A DNA stretch of 64,000 nt from NCBI GenBank assembly GCA_977017645.1, contig OZ360227.1:125302001-125366000 (forward strand), given 5' to 3'. Below are positions 48,600 to 61,474 of the stretch, in pieces. The notes beneath the pieces were generated by a model. The model was given only the letters and a program-made list of their open reading frames with translations. It was not told where the DNA came from and ran no database searches. The position numbers were made by a program, and so were the translations under genes. Origin of the DNA: Torpedo marmorata (lineage: Eukaryota). Numbering within the stretch: position 1 is the first letter of the stretch; the number at the start of each line of letters is the position of its first letter.

Positions 48600-49379
48600 C
48601 CAGTATGATTGACAATGAGTGGAAATTTTCCAAAAACATTCAAGCTTAAATATGACTAATTTATGATACTAATACTGCTTTAAATAATCAATATTACAAA
48701 TTACTACAGAATTACAAAAAATTTATAATAAATGTGATCAACTCTTTGAACAAGTTTTCCACCCTATACTTCAATCAGATCAGTTACATTTTCCTTTCAA
48801 AATATTCATCTACATCCTTATAAAAATCTTTCTTGGAATCACCTTTCATCATTACATCCGTTGGGGCATTTTGTGCTAAAGATTGATCCCACAAAACCCA
48901 TTTTTTGGGCATTAGATAAACTTCAAACATCTCCATGTAGCAGACAGGAAATGTGTGCATATTTTTGTTTCGAAGTATGCTACTTGTTATATCGGGTAGG
49001 ACAGAACATATACTTGCTTTAACAGCACAAGTGATAGAAGTCTATTAGTTTGCAATTTCATATAAGAATCTTTACGTATTATATTTAAGTGCCTCTTTCA
49101 CTTCCTCAGGAAAATTCGCAAGCATTTTAAAGTTAACATCACTGGGGTCCAGCATCTTTACCGCTGTTTGAATCTTCAACATATAATGGATATTGTTACA
49201 TTCTAGTCAACCAATATTCACATGTAATTATTTAGCTCAAAGATGCCTACCATAGTTCAGTTTGTAATATTCTCTGTCAGAAAGCGATGGGTTTAATATT
49301 TTCTTGCCTTAAGTACAAAAATGTAATTTGGTATTTCAGTGCAAATCCGAGAGCATTTGAACTAAAATTGCTAACTCAT

Positions 49380-49640
49380 TGACCCATCTGCCCTATCAGA
49401 GGTATACAAAAGATCACATGGCAGTATTTTGAAAAATAGCTTCCCCCAGTATGACTACGATTTATTCTGTAACTTGCATTGATAAGACAGATTGTTATGC
49501 CAATAATATTGCATAAATATGAGATGTTGTGTGCCAATTGATTGCCATGTTTCCACATCATAACAGTAACTAAAATGATGTTGTATTTCATTTTATAAAT
49601 CACTTTAGAATGTCCTGTGGTTGTCAAATCTGTACAAAGT
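49380..49640 (+). mobile_element. Deu-domain SINE remnant
   Basis: catctgccctatcagagg...aaagatcacatggcagtattttgaa...ttgattgccatgtttccacatcataacag...cactttagaatgtcctgtggttgt. Confidence 0.6.
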
Positions 49641-50177
49641 ATTTCTTGACTACTTGTAAAGAGTAACAAAATGTATATCATACATTATAAAATATTATTA
49701 TTTTGTATACTCATTAATGGTCTTTTTCAATGTTTTTTTTTGCCCTGTAACTTAATAGCAGAGACCTGCCCATTATTCAGAAAGTAAAGCAATGACTTGG
49801 CCATGTTCCAATTCAAGGCATCTCCTTACTTTTGAAATTATAGGGAGACCTTTATACGCTGCTGACTCATTAGGTAATAGCTGATAGGGATACCTTGACT
49901 AAACTCAACAAGGTCTACAGATCCAATTGCAAATTTTGGCAGGCTTTCAAGTAAACAAAAAAGTCTTGATTGACATTTGTGGGTCATTTTGGAGAGGCAG
50001 AGAAATATTCTTGAAGATTTTAATGGGGGAAGCGGCTGGATAATTATTATTTTAAAGAATAACATCCGAGTTTCCTACCAGGTCTTTGGGCATTGAGCAA
50101 TGGTTATTAATAATACTAGGTTTCATCAATGGTCTGGACTGAATTTGTTAACTAAGAGAGTGTTTGGTCCAGAAAGT

Positions 50178-50179
<2 letters not shown>

Positions 50180-50209
<30 letters not shown>
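50180..50209. repeat. (CA)n microsatellite
   Basis: Direct reading. Confidence 0.95.
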
Positions 50210-51354
50210 CACAGAAATGGATATTTGATTAAGGTATGACTTTGCAGGGTTCCAAAGCAGAGTTCTGAGTTCTGAGGGAGTTTAGGTTTTGACTAACTTT
50301 AAATGTAGATCCCATCCACCGTCCAAACTCTACGACTAAAGACTTTGACATATTTTGAAAAATGTAAATGCACTCTTTTGGCACAAAACATGCCCACATC
50401 AGCCCCAAACTTTTCTCCCACCGACCCAGGAATGATCATTGATCAACTCACTATGATCAGAAGAAATTTGGGTATGTGGGAAGGGACAATTAATTTCCCA
50501 CAACATGAATACATGGGTATACATCAAATTTAAATTATAAAAATAAGTATTTCTGACTTTTCTTAAATAAAGTCGAATTTTAAAACTTCAAAGTTCAAGC
50601 AAATCTAGGAATATATTCAGAAGCATCAGTGTAATTGAAGGCACAATGAGTGATTCAAATTGAATATAAAACCTTTTAAAATAATATCAGTAAAATAAAG
50701 CTACATAATAATATTGGTTAACAAAATACTTAACCTGAAAATAATGGCAATCTACTCACATAGGAAAATAATATGTACAATCAAAACCTGAATGCTAGCT
50801 TTTGTTTACTAATTGCCATGGATTAATTATGTATAATTGGATTTTCAGTCAGTGCAATGAGATCACTTAACATGAGAACCGACTATCAAGAGATAGCATG
50901 GCAGGTAATTTTTCTATTGCAACATACAGTTGAGAGCATTTTTCCACTTCTTGCATCTGATAACAAAATAAAACATATTTAGATCAAATTTCCTAGTGCT
51001 GAAAGCATGATAGAAAATGAAAAGCTTATTGATATCATGTTGAAATATTATAATAGTATCTTTGAGTGTGAAATTTAATGTGATTTATTAAATTGGGATA
51101 ATACTTTACTGTCAGTCTGAGAATGGAAGTATGATGCCTTATGATAAAAAAACAATTGCACACAAATTAAATGAACCAAACTGGTACTGCTCCAATGCCC
51201 TTTCTTTATATCTCTAATCTCAACCAGCTATACAACACTTCTTAATTTTCAGTTCCCGCAACTCTGGTCTCCTGTGAATTCCTTCTCTGCTCCATATACC
51301 TTGAGCCATCTAGGTCCTACTTTCTACAAAACTTCCTATAACCCTTTGCAACAT

Positions 51355-51690
51355 TCATAAAGTCATAGAGAGATACAACACAGAAACATAGCCATTAATC
51401 CACCCAGTACACACTATTAATCACCCTTTGCACCAATCCTACAATATTCCCATTTAAAAAACATATTTGTACATTCTAGTCAACTCCCTTTAGATTCTAC
51501 ACTCATCTACACAGTCAGGACAATTTACAATGATCAAATAACCTACCAACCAGCACAACTTTGGCATGTGGGATGAAACTGGAGAATCCGGAGGAAACCC
51601 ATGCAGTAACAGGGAGAATGTGCAAACTCAAGACAGGCACCACCCAAGGATTGGATTGAACCTGGGTCTCTGGCACTCTGATGCTACAAG
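51355..51690 (-). mobile_element. Old V-SINE
   Basis: Antisense V-domain gtgggatgaaactggagaatccggaggaaacccatgcagtaacagggagaatgtgcaaactc and a B-box remnant. Confidence 0.75.
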
Positions 51691-51829
51691 CTCCTCCCTT
51701 GACTTCTTTAGATCCTTCAAACTCACAGGGAAGAACAAGCATTCCTTCCACTTATTTGGATGGGTTGGTTTTGTTTTATTCTACGTCCGTAAAGCACCTT
51801 GGAACATTTGTCTATTGTTAATCAGCAGC

Positions 51830-52200
51830 ACCTGGCTCCATTTATGGAACAATGAAAGACATTCCAAAGTCCCTCACCGGCAAGCTATCAAACACAATGT
51901 GCCATAGAAGAAGTTATTAGTCGAAGGTGGTAAGTTTTGAGAAGCATTTTGAATGTGGAATGGTACACACAGGGATAGAAAATGGATGTCACAGCTTGGG
52001 GCCTCATAGCTGAAGATATGGCAGACTTGAAGGAGGAATTAAAATCTATGATGCACAAGGGAGCAGAACTGGATAAATGCACAAATCTCACAGAGATGAG
52101 GGCAGCTCAAGTATGTTACGGATGGGGGTGCTGATTTCCAGGTAGTATTTGACAAACGTAGATCAAAGAGCCCTGGTAAAACTAAGCATCAAGAGGAAAA
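51830..52200 (-). mobile_element. L2 3' remnant
   Basis: acagcttggggcctcatagctgaagatatggc...ggaggaattaaaatc resembles antisense L2. Confidence 0.5.
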
Positions 52201-52279
52201 TACCTTAACAGTTGGAGTTACACCAAGAAAAAAATGATGGGAGTAGTTGTCTGAGGTCAATCATTGCAGACCAAGAGCA

Positions 52280-52625
52280 ATTAGAACTGTTTTCCTTATT
52301 CCAGATGTGGCCATCCAACATTGTATAAAATTATACTTTATGCCCTGGTTAATGAAGGTAAGCATCCTTTATATCCCATTTATCACCTTCAAAGATCTTT
52401 GGCCTTGTATATCAATGTCCCTCTGTTAGTGATCAGCCATGATCTGTAAAATGGCGGTGCTGGCTCGACGGGCCGAAGGGCCTACTCCAGCACCTATTGT
52501 CTGTTGTCCTCAATATCACTCAATGTATGACCTATCCATATCAATTCTTCCAAATTGCATCATCATGCACTCATGGGGATTAAAGTTTGTCTGGCATTGT
52601 TCTGCCCATCTGATCAATATCAATC
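52280..52625 (-). mobile_element. CR1 remnant containing a short, younger plus-strand CR1 3' end (about 52428-52505)
   Basis: Antisense CR1 (aaattgcatcatcatgcactcatggggattaaag); insert gatcagccatgatc...gggccgaagggcctactcc. Confidence 0.6.
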
Positions 52626-55114
52626 TGCATCTTAAAATTATCCTCTCCACTGTTAACACGGCCAATAGTTTGGAAGGGTTCAAATGTGCAAAGATGAGAT
52701 GACAGCATGTTCACAGACTGAACAGGAGAGGAAAGGAAAGTTAAACGCATGAAGAATATTTGGAAGGACAAAGTTTAATGTTGGATTTTGGATGGGGTTA
52801 ATGACAGTAGGCTTGAAGCAGAGTGGGTTCAAGAACAATTTTTATCCAGTAACTATCAGGCTCTTGAACCTCCCTTTACTACCCTAACCATAAACTATTC
52901 CAGGACCACCAAAATATCTGTCTGCACTATTGAAATATCACTTTTTGTTGCAGTAACTGCAACTGTTAATATTTATCCATCTATCATTTTATATTTATTA
53001 TCATATTTTCAGTCTTGGCACATTATGGTAATTGTAGATGGTGCATCTTACATACCTGTTTTCCTGCAGCAAGCAAGGATTGTGGTGCATCTGCACATTG
53101 ACAACAAACTCTCATTATTTATTACTCATATTTGAGGGGAGAGAATAGTCAACATTAGTTAAGATGGCCACGATTGGGGTTAAAGGTAGGTCATTTGGAC
53201 AAGATGAACTTGAAGCGTCCTTAAAGAAAGAAAGGAAATAAAATCAAGAAAGTCATGAGGGTTCAGCCAAGTTGAATGATCCTTGAGACAGTTTTGTTTG
53301 GTAGCATATTGGAAGGAAGGAAAAGAGATGAGCCGGATCGATGAACAGTTTCAAAATTACTGACGGAAAGTTCAGAAGCTCCTCAAAGACTCTTGAAGGA
53401 GAAGGTGGAAGAGATTGTGAAAAAATGCCTTTGCCTATCATTCCATGCCTTTGAATCGCCAAAGCATAGAAGGATACTTGAGTATTGGTATGGACTAAAG
53501 GGCCTGTTTCAGTGCTGGAGGAATGCAAAATTAACTTTTAAATGATTGAACAAAGTTATCTCGTTATCGTGAGTTCACTGCAAATAAGTTACAAGACAGA
53601 CAAACCTAAAAAGTTAACAATAATAGAAGTCAAAGAAACCAGGATAAAAAATACTTTGAAAAAATATACTGGCTGAAACAATGACATCCAACCCTTTCAG
53701 ATTTTAAAATTTCCTCCTTATTTTTTCACATAAAAAAGTGAATGATAGATTTTGGATCATCAGATTAAACAGTCAAGGATTAACAATCAAGACTTTTTAT
53801 CATAGTGAAGGAAATGTTTCAGAGGCAAGAGAAGTTAAAGAACTGAAAAGTGTCAACTAGAAAAATTGCTGGATTGATTCAATGACCCTTATTCTTTTCA
53901 CCAGAAAGCAAACCATATTTGGTGAAACTTCTGTTCCCTATACACCTCACATTGTATACTGCCCTATCGTGTTGTGGTCAGTAATTGATTAAATGCCAAG
54001 AAACCAAAAGAAAAGAAAAAAAAATGCACCAGAATTCAATTTGATCTTGTCCAATGCCTATTATTGCAGGTCTAATTACTTGCTTGGTGAATAACAAAAT
54101 GGTAAGAGCACTAAAGTTTAAAAACAGAGATAACAATGGTACATAGGGTTACCATAATTATGTTCTATCCAGCTAACCTACAGTTTGGAGCTTCACTTGG
54201 CAAATTCAAGAAGTTAAGCAACATATACAATTAAATGCTATTACAAAATGTGAAGTATACCTTTCAGTGCATGCAGCTATAGAAGTCAACTGTACAAGTA
54301 AGACAACATTATTTAGCATGGTTTGCTTGTGTGATGGTGTATAATTGTTCATTGTACTAGTGAGGTAACCCAAGGTTAGAGGCATGAGTTTCATATCACT
54401 GCTCTGATAGGAATTCAATACAAATAAATACTCCAAAAATGTATAACCTTTTGATCAACATTTTATCTCCCAATAGCAAGTGAAGCAATGAAGATATCAA
54501 GTAAGAAGAAATAGATGCATTTGGATAGAGATGTTTTCAGAATACAATTCGCTTTAGCTGAACAAAATTAGAGAGTAAACACCTAACGGCATTGTCAAAT
54601 TTGGCAAGTAAACTACTCTGCATTGCAAGTTTGGTGGAGGTGCAACATAACCCTCATGTAAATGAAGGTTGTGTTGATATTTTTAAAGCCAAAGATATTT
54701 TTAAGAAAACTCCATTAAAAAAATCTAAAATCCTTTGAGACAATCTTAAATTTATGCCATTTTCCTTCTGTTCTCCTCTGGAGAGCTACTATTTTGGTTC
54801 CTATATCTCCACAGGGAGCTGTATTACTTGCTTCACTGAGGGGAGATCTGCAAGTGAGCAACTCTAGTAGAAGTCTCATTGCTCAATGTATTCAAGGTTT
54901 CTGGATGCTAATCAGGAACTGGTGAAACTCATTACCTACTTACTGTTGCTGTATTCCAAGTCTAATAAGATCAAGAATCCATCAAAATTAAAAATTGTTC
55001 GAGTAAAATTGTTCTTTGGCAGAAGTAAAGAATAAGTGATAGCTAATCACCAGCCTATTTTACGCTCCACCTAATATTCATTGCCAATCAAAATTGGTGC
55101 AGTCAATATGCTTA

Positions 55115-55553
55115 AAGTTCAAAGTTCAGATTTATTGTCAGAGGAGATACATGACATCACATACAACCCTGATATTCTTTTTCCTGCAGGCCAGGCAGAA
55201 CTTCTACTTATTGGTGATGCAAAAAACTGCACTCAAGAAAAGAAACGTATACAAAGAGAGAAATGTAAACAAAGAAAAAGTGTAAACAAACTGACTGTGC
55301 GGTACAGAAAATAAATATTCAATAATAAATAATGTGCAAAGTAAGAATCCTTAAATGAGTCTCTGTTTGAGTTTGTTGTTTAGGAGTCTGATGGTGGAGG
55401 GGTAGCAACTGTTTCTGAAAGTGGTGGTATGAGTCTTAGGGCACCTATACCTCTTTCCTGATGGCAGCAGCGAGAACATAACATGTCCTGGGTGGTGTGG
55501 ATCCTTGATGATTGCTGCTGCTCTCTGACGGCAGTGTTCCATGTAGATGTTAT
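55115..55553 (-). mobile_element. Rex1/Babar-type 3' end
   Basis: [28 protein letters not shown]...FRNSCYPSTIRLLN; tail aaagttcaaagttc on +. Confidence 0.88.
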
Positions 55554-55719
55554 CACCTATTTAGAGTTTTCATCAAAAAACAATTTTACTTTCTTAATTT
55601 CTACTTTTTGATGAAAACAAGAAATTGAGCTGCTTATTCTATCAGGTTCAGTTCTCTACTAATACTGAATTAATTGTTCAGACTGGAGATATGAGGAGGT
55701 AGTTACAAAGAACCTCTCT

Positions 55720-56800
55720 CTGTTTCTCAATGTTCCCAAGGATATTACCATTCAGGGTGTATGCCCTTGCCTCACTAGTACTTGCAAAATGCATCAACTT
55801 TCATTTATGAAGATTAACTCCTTCTGTCATTTCTCAGCCCATTTCAACATCACTTTAACGTCACCCTGTCGCTTAAGACTACCCTCCAAACTGTCAACAA
55901 CTCCACCAATCTTCTCAAATGTTAATTTACTGATCAAGCTACCTACATCTACATCCAAATCATTTAAGTACATTACAAACAGCCAGAGTCCTCTTTCGAA
56001 CACCGCTATTCACAGACACCCACTCACAAAAACAACCCCCTACTGTTTGTTGCCAACCCCGTACTATTGCCAAGCCAATTTTGGATCCAAATTGCGAACT
56101 TGCCCTGGATCTCACAGGCCGTAACCTTTTGGACCAGTTTCCCAGTTGGAACCATGTTTAAGGCCTTATTCAAGTACATGCAAACCACATCTACTGCTTT
56201 GACTTTGTCAGTATACGTCATTACCTCCTCAAAATATTCAATCAGATTGATCAGACAAGTTCTGTCTTGACAAAGCAATGCTGGCTATCTCTGATATGTT
56301 CCTGCCTTTCCAAGTAATCATGAATCTACTATTTATGAAACAATATTTATTTATTTTTATATATGTATATACGTACTGCATATGTATCATTTGTCTGTAT
56401 GTTTGCTATGTCTTGTGCGTTTGTATGTTTTTGCACCAAGGACTCGAGTACGCTGTATCGTCGGGTTGTACTTGTACAATCGGATGATAATAAATTTGAA
56501 CTTGAACTTGATAACCCCGTCCCTCAGAATTTATTCCAACAACTCCCAACTATTTACGTTAAGCTGATAGGTCTGAAATCACAAGGGTTTTCCCTGATGC
56601 CCTTCTTGAAAATGGGGAATGCATTTGCCAGCCTCTTGTTATCTAATACCTCACTTATGGCCAGAGAAAATTTAAGAATCTCATCCAAAGTCCATACATT
56701 CTCTTCACTTGCCTCTCAACAGTTTGGGATACATCTCATCTGGCCCTGGGGATTTATGTACCTTTAAGCCCTCTGAGGCATCAGGTACCTCTTCTTTATT
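55720..56800 (-). mobile_element. Old CR1 RT fragment, interrupted by a Rex-type 3' UTR (about 56325-56510, +)
   Basis: RTCLINLIEYFEEV...AVDVVCMYLNKALNMVP.GKLVQKV...WIQNWL; the insert ends (TTGAAC)n. Confidence 0.8.
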
Positions 56801-57484
56801 TATGGAGAGCTGCTCTACTTCTGTTTTGCTCACATTCCTTTTCAATGATTTTAGATTAGGTTTCAGGAATTATAGCTTTTTCTGCAAATAGTCTTCAGCT
56901 TCACTTACGGTCAACTTTGCCATTGTTAAATGGAATTTACACTTTTAAATATTTATGTGTTTTAACAACTCATGTATTAGTCCAGATATGCACTGATAAT
57001 AACTGTATTTAACATTATCTTCTGTATGACAAACTTTTCAAATGACATTTATGATACAATATTTATTTTAACTTCAGTTGTAAATCAGGTTTGTAATTTC
57101 TTTACATTGGGAAAGGGGTGAATGTCAAAAACTTTCATAACTATCATGTGGAATTTTAGTTCTTCAAAGAACTAGATTAAAACTGGCACTTGTAAAGAAC
57201 ATTTTCAAAAAATTAATTACATTATGCTGTGTGCCAAGCTGAATTTTGAATCAACAGAACATGTAACTCCAGCCTTCCAACCAGTCTTGACCCATTTCAA
57301 TTCACCTCGACACATCAGGTTGATGTCATTTCCCTGGCCCTCCATTCCGTCCTCGAACTTTGGACAACAATGATACCTATGCCAGAGTTCAACTTCTACA
57401 GATGCACCTTTGAGAATATCACTGTGTGGCAAGACAACAAGAAACTATGGAGTATTGTGAACGCAGCACAGACTGTCACACCAG

Positions 57485-57644
57485 CCTCTCCTTGTAATTC
57501 AAGCCTACCAGCCCTGGCAACATTCTTGTGAATCTTTTTTGCACGCTATCCAGCTTAACAATATCTTTCCTATAGTTGGGTAACCAAAACTGCACACAAT
57601 ACTCCAAGTATGGTCTCACCTGCACGCTGTACAATTGTAACAAG
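57485..57644 (-). mobile_element. CR1 fragment
   Basis: ccaaaactgcacacaatactccaagtatggtctcacc is antisense RPYLEYCVQFW. Confidence 0.75.
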
Positions 57645-58510
57645 TTAACTCGTCAAGTTTATTGTTATCAGATTGCACAAGTACAACCCGATGAAACAGC
57701 GTTCTCCAGTCCTTGGTGCAAAAAACGCAGACGCATGACCAGATATAACACACATACAAACAAACAATACATATGCAGTATTCATATATACAAATAAATA
57801 AATAAATAAACAAACATTGTTTCATGAATATTAGAGTCTCGGATGGTCAGTGTGAGCAGTTTCTTTGGTTGTTCAGCATTCTCATTGCCCGTGGGAAGAA
57901 GCTGTTTCTCAGCCTGGTGGTGCTGGCTCCGATAACCCTGCATCTCTTTCCTGATGGGAGTAGCTGAAAGATGCTGTGTGCAGGGTGAAAGGGGTCCTCA
58001 ATGATTTTGCACACCCTCTTCAGACAACAATCCTAGTAGATCACATCGATGGGGAAGAGGGAGACTCCATTGATCCTCTCTGCCATTCTTATGGTTCTGT
58101 GGATTGACCTCTGATCCATTTCTCTGCAGCAAATGTACCACAGTGTGATGCAGCTGGCCAGGACGCTCTTGATAGAGCTCCTGTAGAAGATTGACATAAT
58201 GGTGGCCGGTAGTCTTGACCGCTTCAGTCTTCTTCGGAAGTGCAGTCGCTGTTGAGCCTTCCTGACAAGTGAGGAGATGTTGTGTGTCCACGATATGTCA
58301 CCAGTTAAGTGAACTCCAAGGAACTTGCTGCTCTCCACTACAGAGTTGTTGATTTGTAGTGGAGAGTGGTCGTTCCTGGTCCTCCCGAATTCCACGATCA
58401 TCTCCTTCATCCTGCCCACGTTGAGACTCAGGTTGTTACTCTCGCACCATATCACGAGATTTTCCACCTCTTCTCTGTAGTGCAACTCATCGTTGTTGCT
58501 GATGACATGA
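57645..58510 (-). mobile_element. Rex1/Babar-type LINE 3' fragment
   Basis: ORF 58033-58557(-): NNDELHYREEVENLV.WCESNNLSLNV...KFLGVH...RKAQQRLHF. Confidence 0.9.
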
Positions 58511-59754
58511 CACGACATCCTTGTTTTTGCACTCATTGTCCTGAGAGATGAAGGCAAATGTGCCAGATATCTTCTTTGCCACCCTGTCTAGCTGCATCAT
58601 CATATTCTCATCAAAATTAACTCAACTAACTACCACTAAGCCATCAAGAGCACAATTCACCCTCTTGTTTCCTTAATATCTTTTCTTCTCAAGATGTTTT
58701 TCTTACTATTTGCAAATTCTCTATTGTATTTCTCCCTCACTTCCCATTCTAACACAGACCCGCCTCTCCTCAGACTCATCCATTACCAAGGTGAGACCAA
58801 ACTCAGACCTAACAAACTGCATATCATATTTTGCCTGGCCAGCCCACAACCCAATAATGATTTGAAATACTTGCTGCCTGTTCTCATTCCATGTGTTTGG
58901 TCATTTTGATTTCAGTTTAACCAAACTAATTCATCTCGGTCAGTTCATTTATTCATCTTTCACTTCAATTTAGCAGATTCATTAATGGCTGATTTGCGAG
59001 AGAACTACTTTTATCCATTTCTGATGTATGATTCATCACTGCCTTTAAAAGGACCTTGCTGCAGTTTGGGTTTAATCTTGGCTATGAGTTGGTGAGAGGC
59101 TGAGAATCTAGTTTCAGGATGTGCTGACATGTTGCACATTTTATTTGCATTTTTAACATTTTGATAATTAGTTTGAACAGTAGATTTTTTTTCCATTTCA
59201 CACCTAGTAATACTTAGAACATCTGTATTAATTACTCCTATGTTTGAAAGATAAGCAATTTGCATGATATAGCATTTAAAGAGCAAGAATTGCACCATTT
59301 TAAATCTGAAACTGAATAATTTAAATCCTGTAAATACCACACATAACCTTAGTCTTCCAGGAATTCTCAATTTGTGAAGCTATTAATGTCTATTTATTAA
59401 CAGCGACTTTGAAGTAATTTCTCATACAGTTTTTGATGAAAATGCCTGTTTGGTTTTTTTAATGTCGATATAGTATAACATTTATTTAATTCTAGATTTT
59501 CATTTGAGTTGAGGAGTACTATATAACATGTCTCATGGGAACTCATAGGTTTTAGAAGATTGCAGAATCAATAAACTTGCAGGAAAATCTTAAGTATCCA
59601 TTTGGTGGGAAAGGGGTAGGTAGGTCAGAAGTGTTACCTTTCAGCTGAGAAATTTATCTATCTTTGATGCTATTTCGAAAAGATGCAAGGAAGCTACATT
59701 TCTTGTACCCTAGCCAATAATTATCCATTAACCAACGTCACTCATAATAATTAT

Positions 59755-60185
59755 ATAGACATTAAAAAAAGAGATTGCATGTTTCTTTCAGAAATTCCCT
59801 AAAGGTTTTGCAGTCAATAAAATACTTTTTAAATGCAGTCACAGTTGTGATGTAGAAAACATGACAGTTAATTTGTGTATAACAAGGTCCGTTACACAGC
59901 AGTGTGATAATGGCCAGGAAATCTGGTTTAGAGATACTGAGGGATGAATATTGTCCAGAACACTAGTATTTTTCCCATCTGCTCTTCTCTGAAATATTAC
60001 CAGCTGATCTTTTGTGAACACCTGAGAAAGCAGACAGGGTGCAACATCTCATCCAAATGACGACAATTCCAACAGTGCAATCTTCTCAATGCTGCTTTGG
60101 AATGTGAGCTAATATTTTGTGCAAGTCTCTGGAGTAAGACTTGGAACCAAGTTGATGAATAACTTTGTACCATTGAACAGGACCA
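59755..60185 (-). mobile_element. Deu-domain SINE (SacSINE1-like), nearly full length, old
   Basis: Antisense of the 33700 and 49380 copies (cagtcacagttgtgatgtagaaaac...gatcttttgtgaacacctgagaaagcagacagg...aacatctcatccaaa); B-box-like acttggaacc at the head. Confidence 0.7.
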
Positions 60186-60276
60186 AACAGAAATTGCAAA
60201 GTTGTCAAATGAATGTGTGTCAGTAGAAATTACATAGATTTGTATTGAGTCCAATGGAATGGGCATCTCTCCAGAT

Positions 60277-61120
60277 CAGATTTCAGATTTCAGATTTATT
60301 GTCAGAGTACATACATGACATCACATAAAACCCTGAGATTCCTTTTTCCTGTGGGCGCGGCAGAATTGCCACTAATTGGTAGTGCAGAAAATAAACTGTA
60401 CACAGCGTAAAACATGTAAACAAACAAACAACTGTAAACAAATAGCAAATGTAAACAAACTGACTGTGCAATACAGAGAGAATAAAAAAGAAAATCAATA
60501 AAGTGCACAAGTAAGAGTCCTTAAGTGAGTCTCTGACTGAGTTTGTCGTTGAGGAGTCTGATGGTGGAGGGGTAGCAGCTGTTCCTGAACCTGGTGTGTG
60601 AGTCTTGTGGCACCTATACCTCTTTCCTGATGGCATCAGCGAGAACAGAGCATGTGCTGGGTGGTGTGGGTCTTTGATTATTGCAGCTGCTCTCCGACGG
60701 CAGCGTTCCTTGTAGATGTACTCAATAGTGGGGAGAGTTTTGCCTGTGATGTCCTGGGCTGTGTCCCCTACCTTTTGGAGGGCTTTATGCTCAGGGGTAT
60801 TGGTGTTTCCATACCAGAACGTGATGCAGCCGGTCAGCACACTTTCCACCACACCTCTGTAGAAATTTGCCAGGGTTTCTGATGTCATACCAAACTTCTG
60901 CAAACTCCTGAGGAAGTAGAGGCACTGACATGCTTTCTTCACGATGCCATTGGTGTGTTGGGTCCAGGAAATATCCTCTGAGATAGTGACTCCAAAGAAC
61001 TTAAATTTGCTCACCCTCTCCACCTCTGATCCCCCAATGGTCACTGGATTGTATACCTCTGGCTTTCCTTTCCTGAAGTCAACAATTAGCTCCTTAGTTT
61101 TGGGACATTGAGTGCAAGAT
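60277..61120 (-). mobile_element. Rex1/Babar-type LINE 3' fragment
   Basis: ORF 60283-61044(-): KFKFFGVTISEDISWTQHTNGIVKKACQCLYFLRSL...; (TCTGAAA)n tail. Confidence 0.92.
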
Positions 61121-61474
61121 ACTCTGCCTGATGCAATCCAATGGCCATAATTGTTGCTTTCGTTTTAAGCCTACTAGAACTATTCATCTTCACAGTGTTT
61201 AAATTTCTGGACACCATTGGATCATTTCTGCACACTATATTTTTGAGGATAATGTTCAGCTTATTTTCAGCTTGTGAATACACAAATTAAGAGCAGGAGT
61301 AGGCTACTCGGCTTGCTTTGCCATTTTTAAAAAAGCATAGCTGACTTTTTTGAACCATAGCTTCTCTTTAACTGTAGGGGAAAATGCCCTTGCCTGAATC
61401 TCATTCATTTTGCACATTTTTGCTCTTACACTAATCACCACTGTTCTTGGATAGACCAAGAATAGAGTTTGGAG

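Larger units (their letters stand above)
46922..48605 (-). mobile_element. Internally deleted Chapaev3-type (CMC superfamily) DNA transposon
   Basis: Left end CACTGGACAAC. The right end, reconstructed after removing the LTR, is GTTGCCCAGTA (terminal G>A). 3-bp TSD TGA at 46919-46921 and 48606-48608; transposase N-terminus inside. Confidence 0.85.

Noticed and set aside
53280-53480. Possible processed pseudogene (purine-rich, coding-like)
   Set aside because: No frame gave a protein I recognise; no poly-A or TSD.
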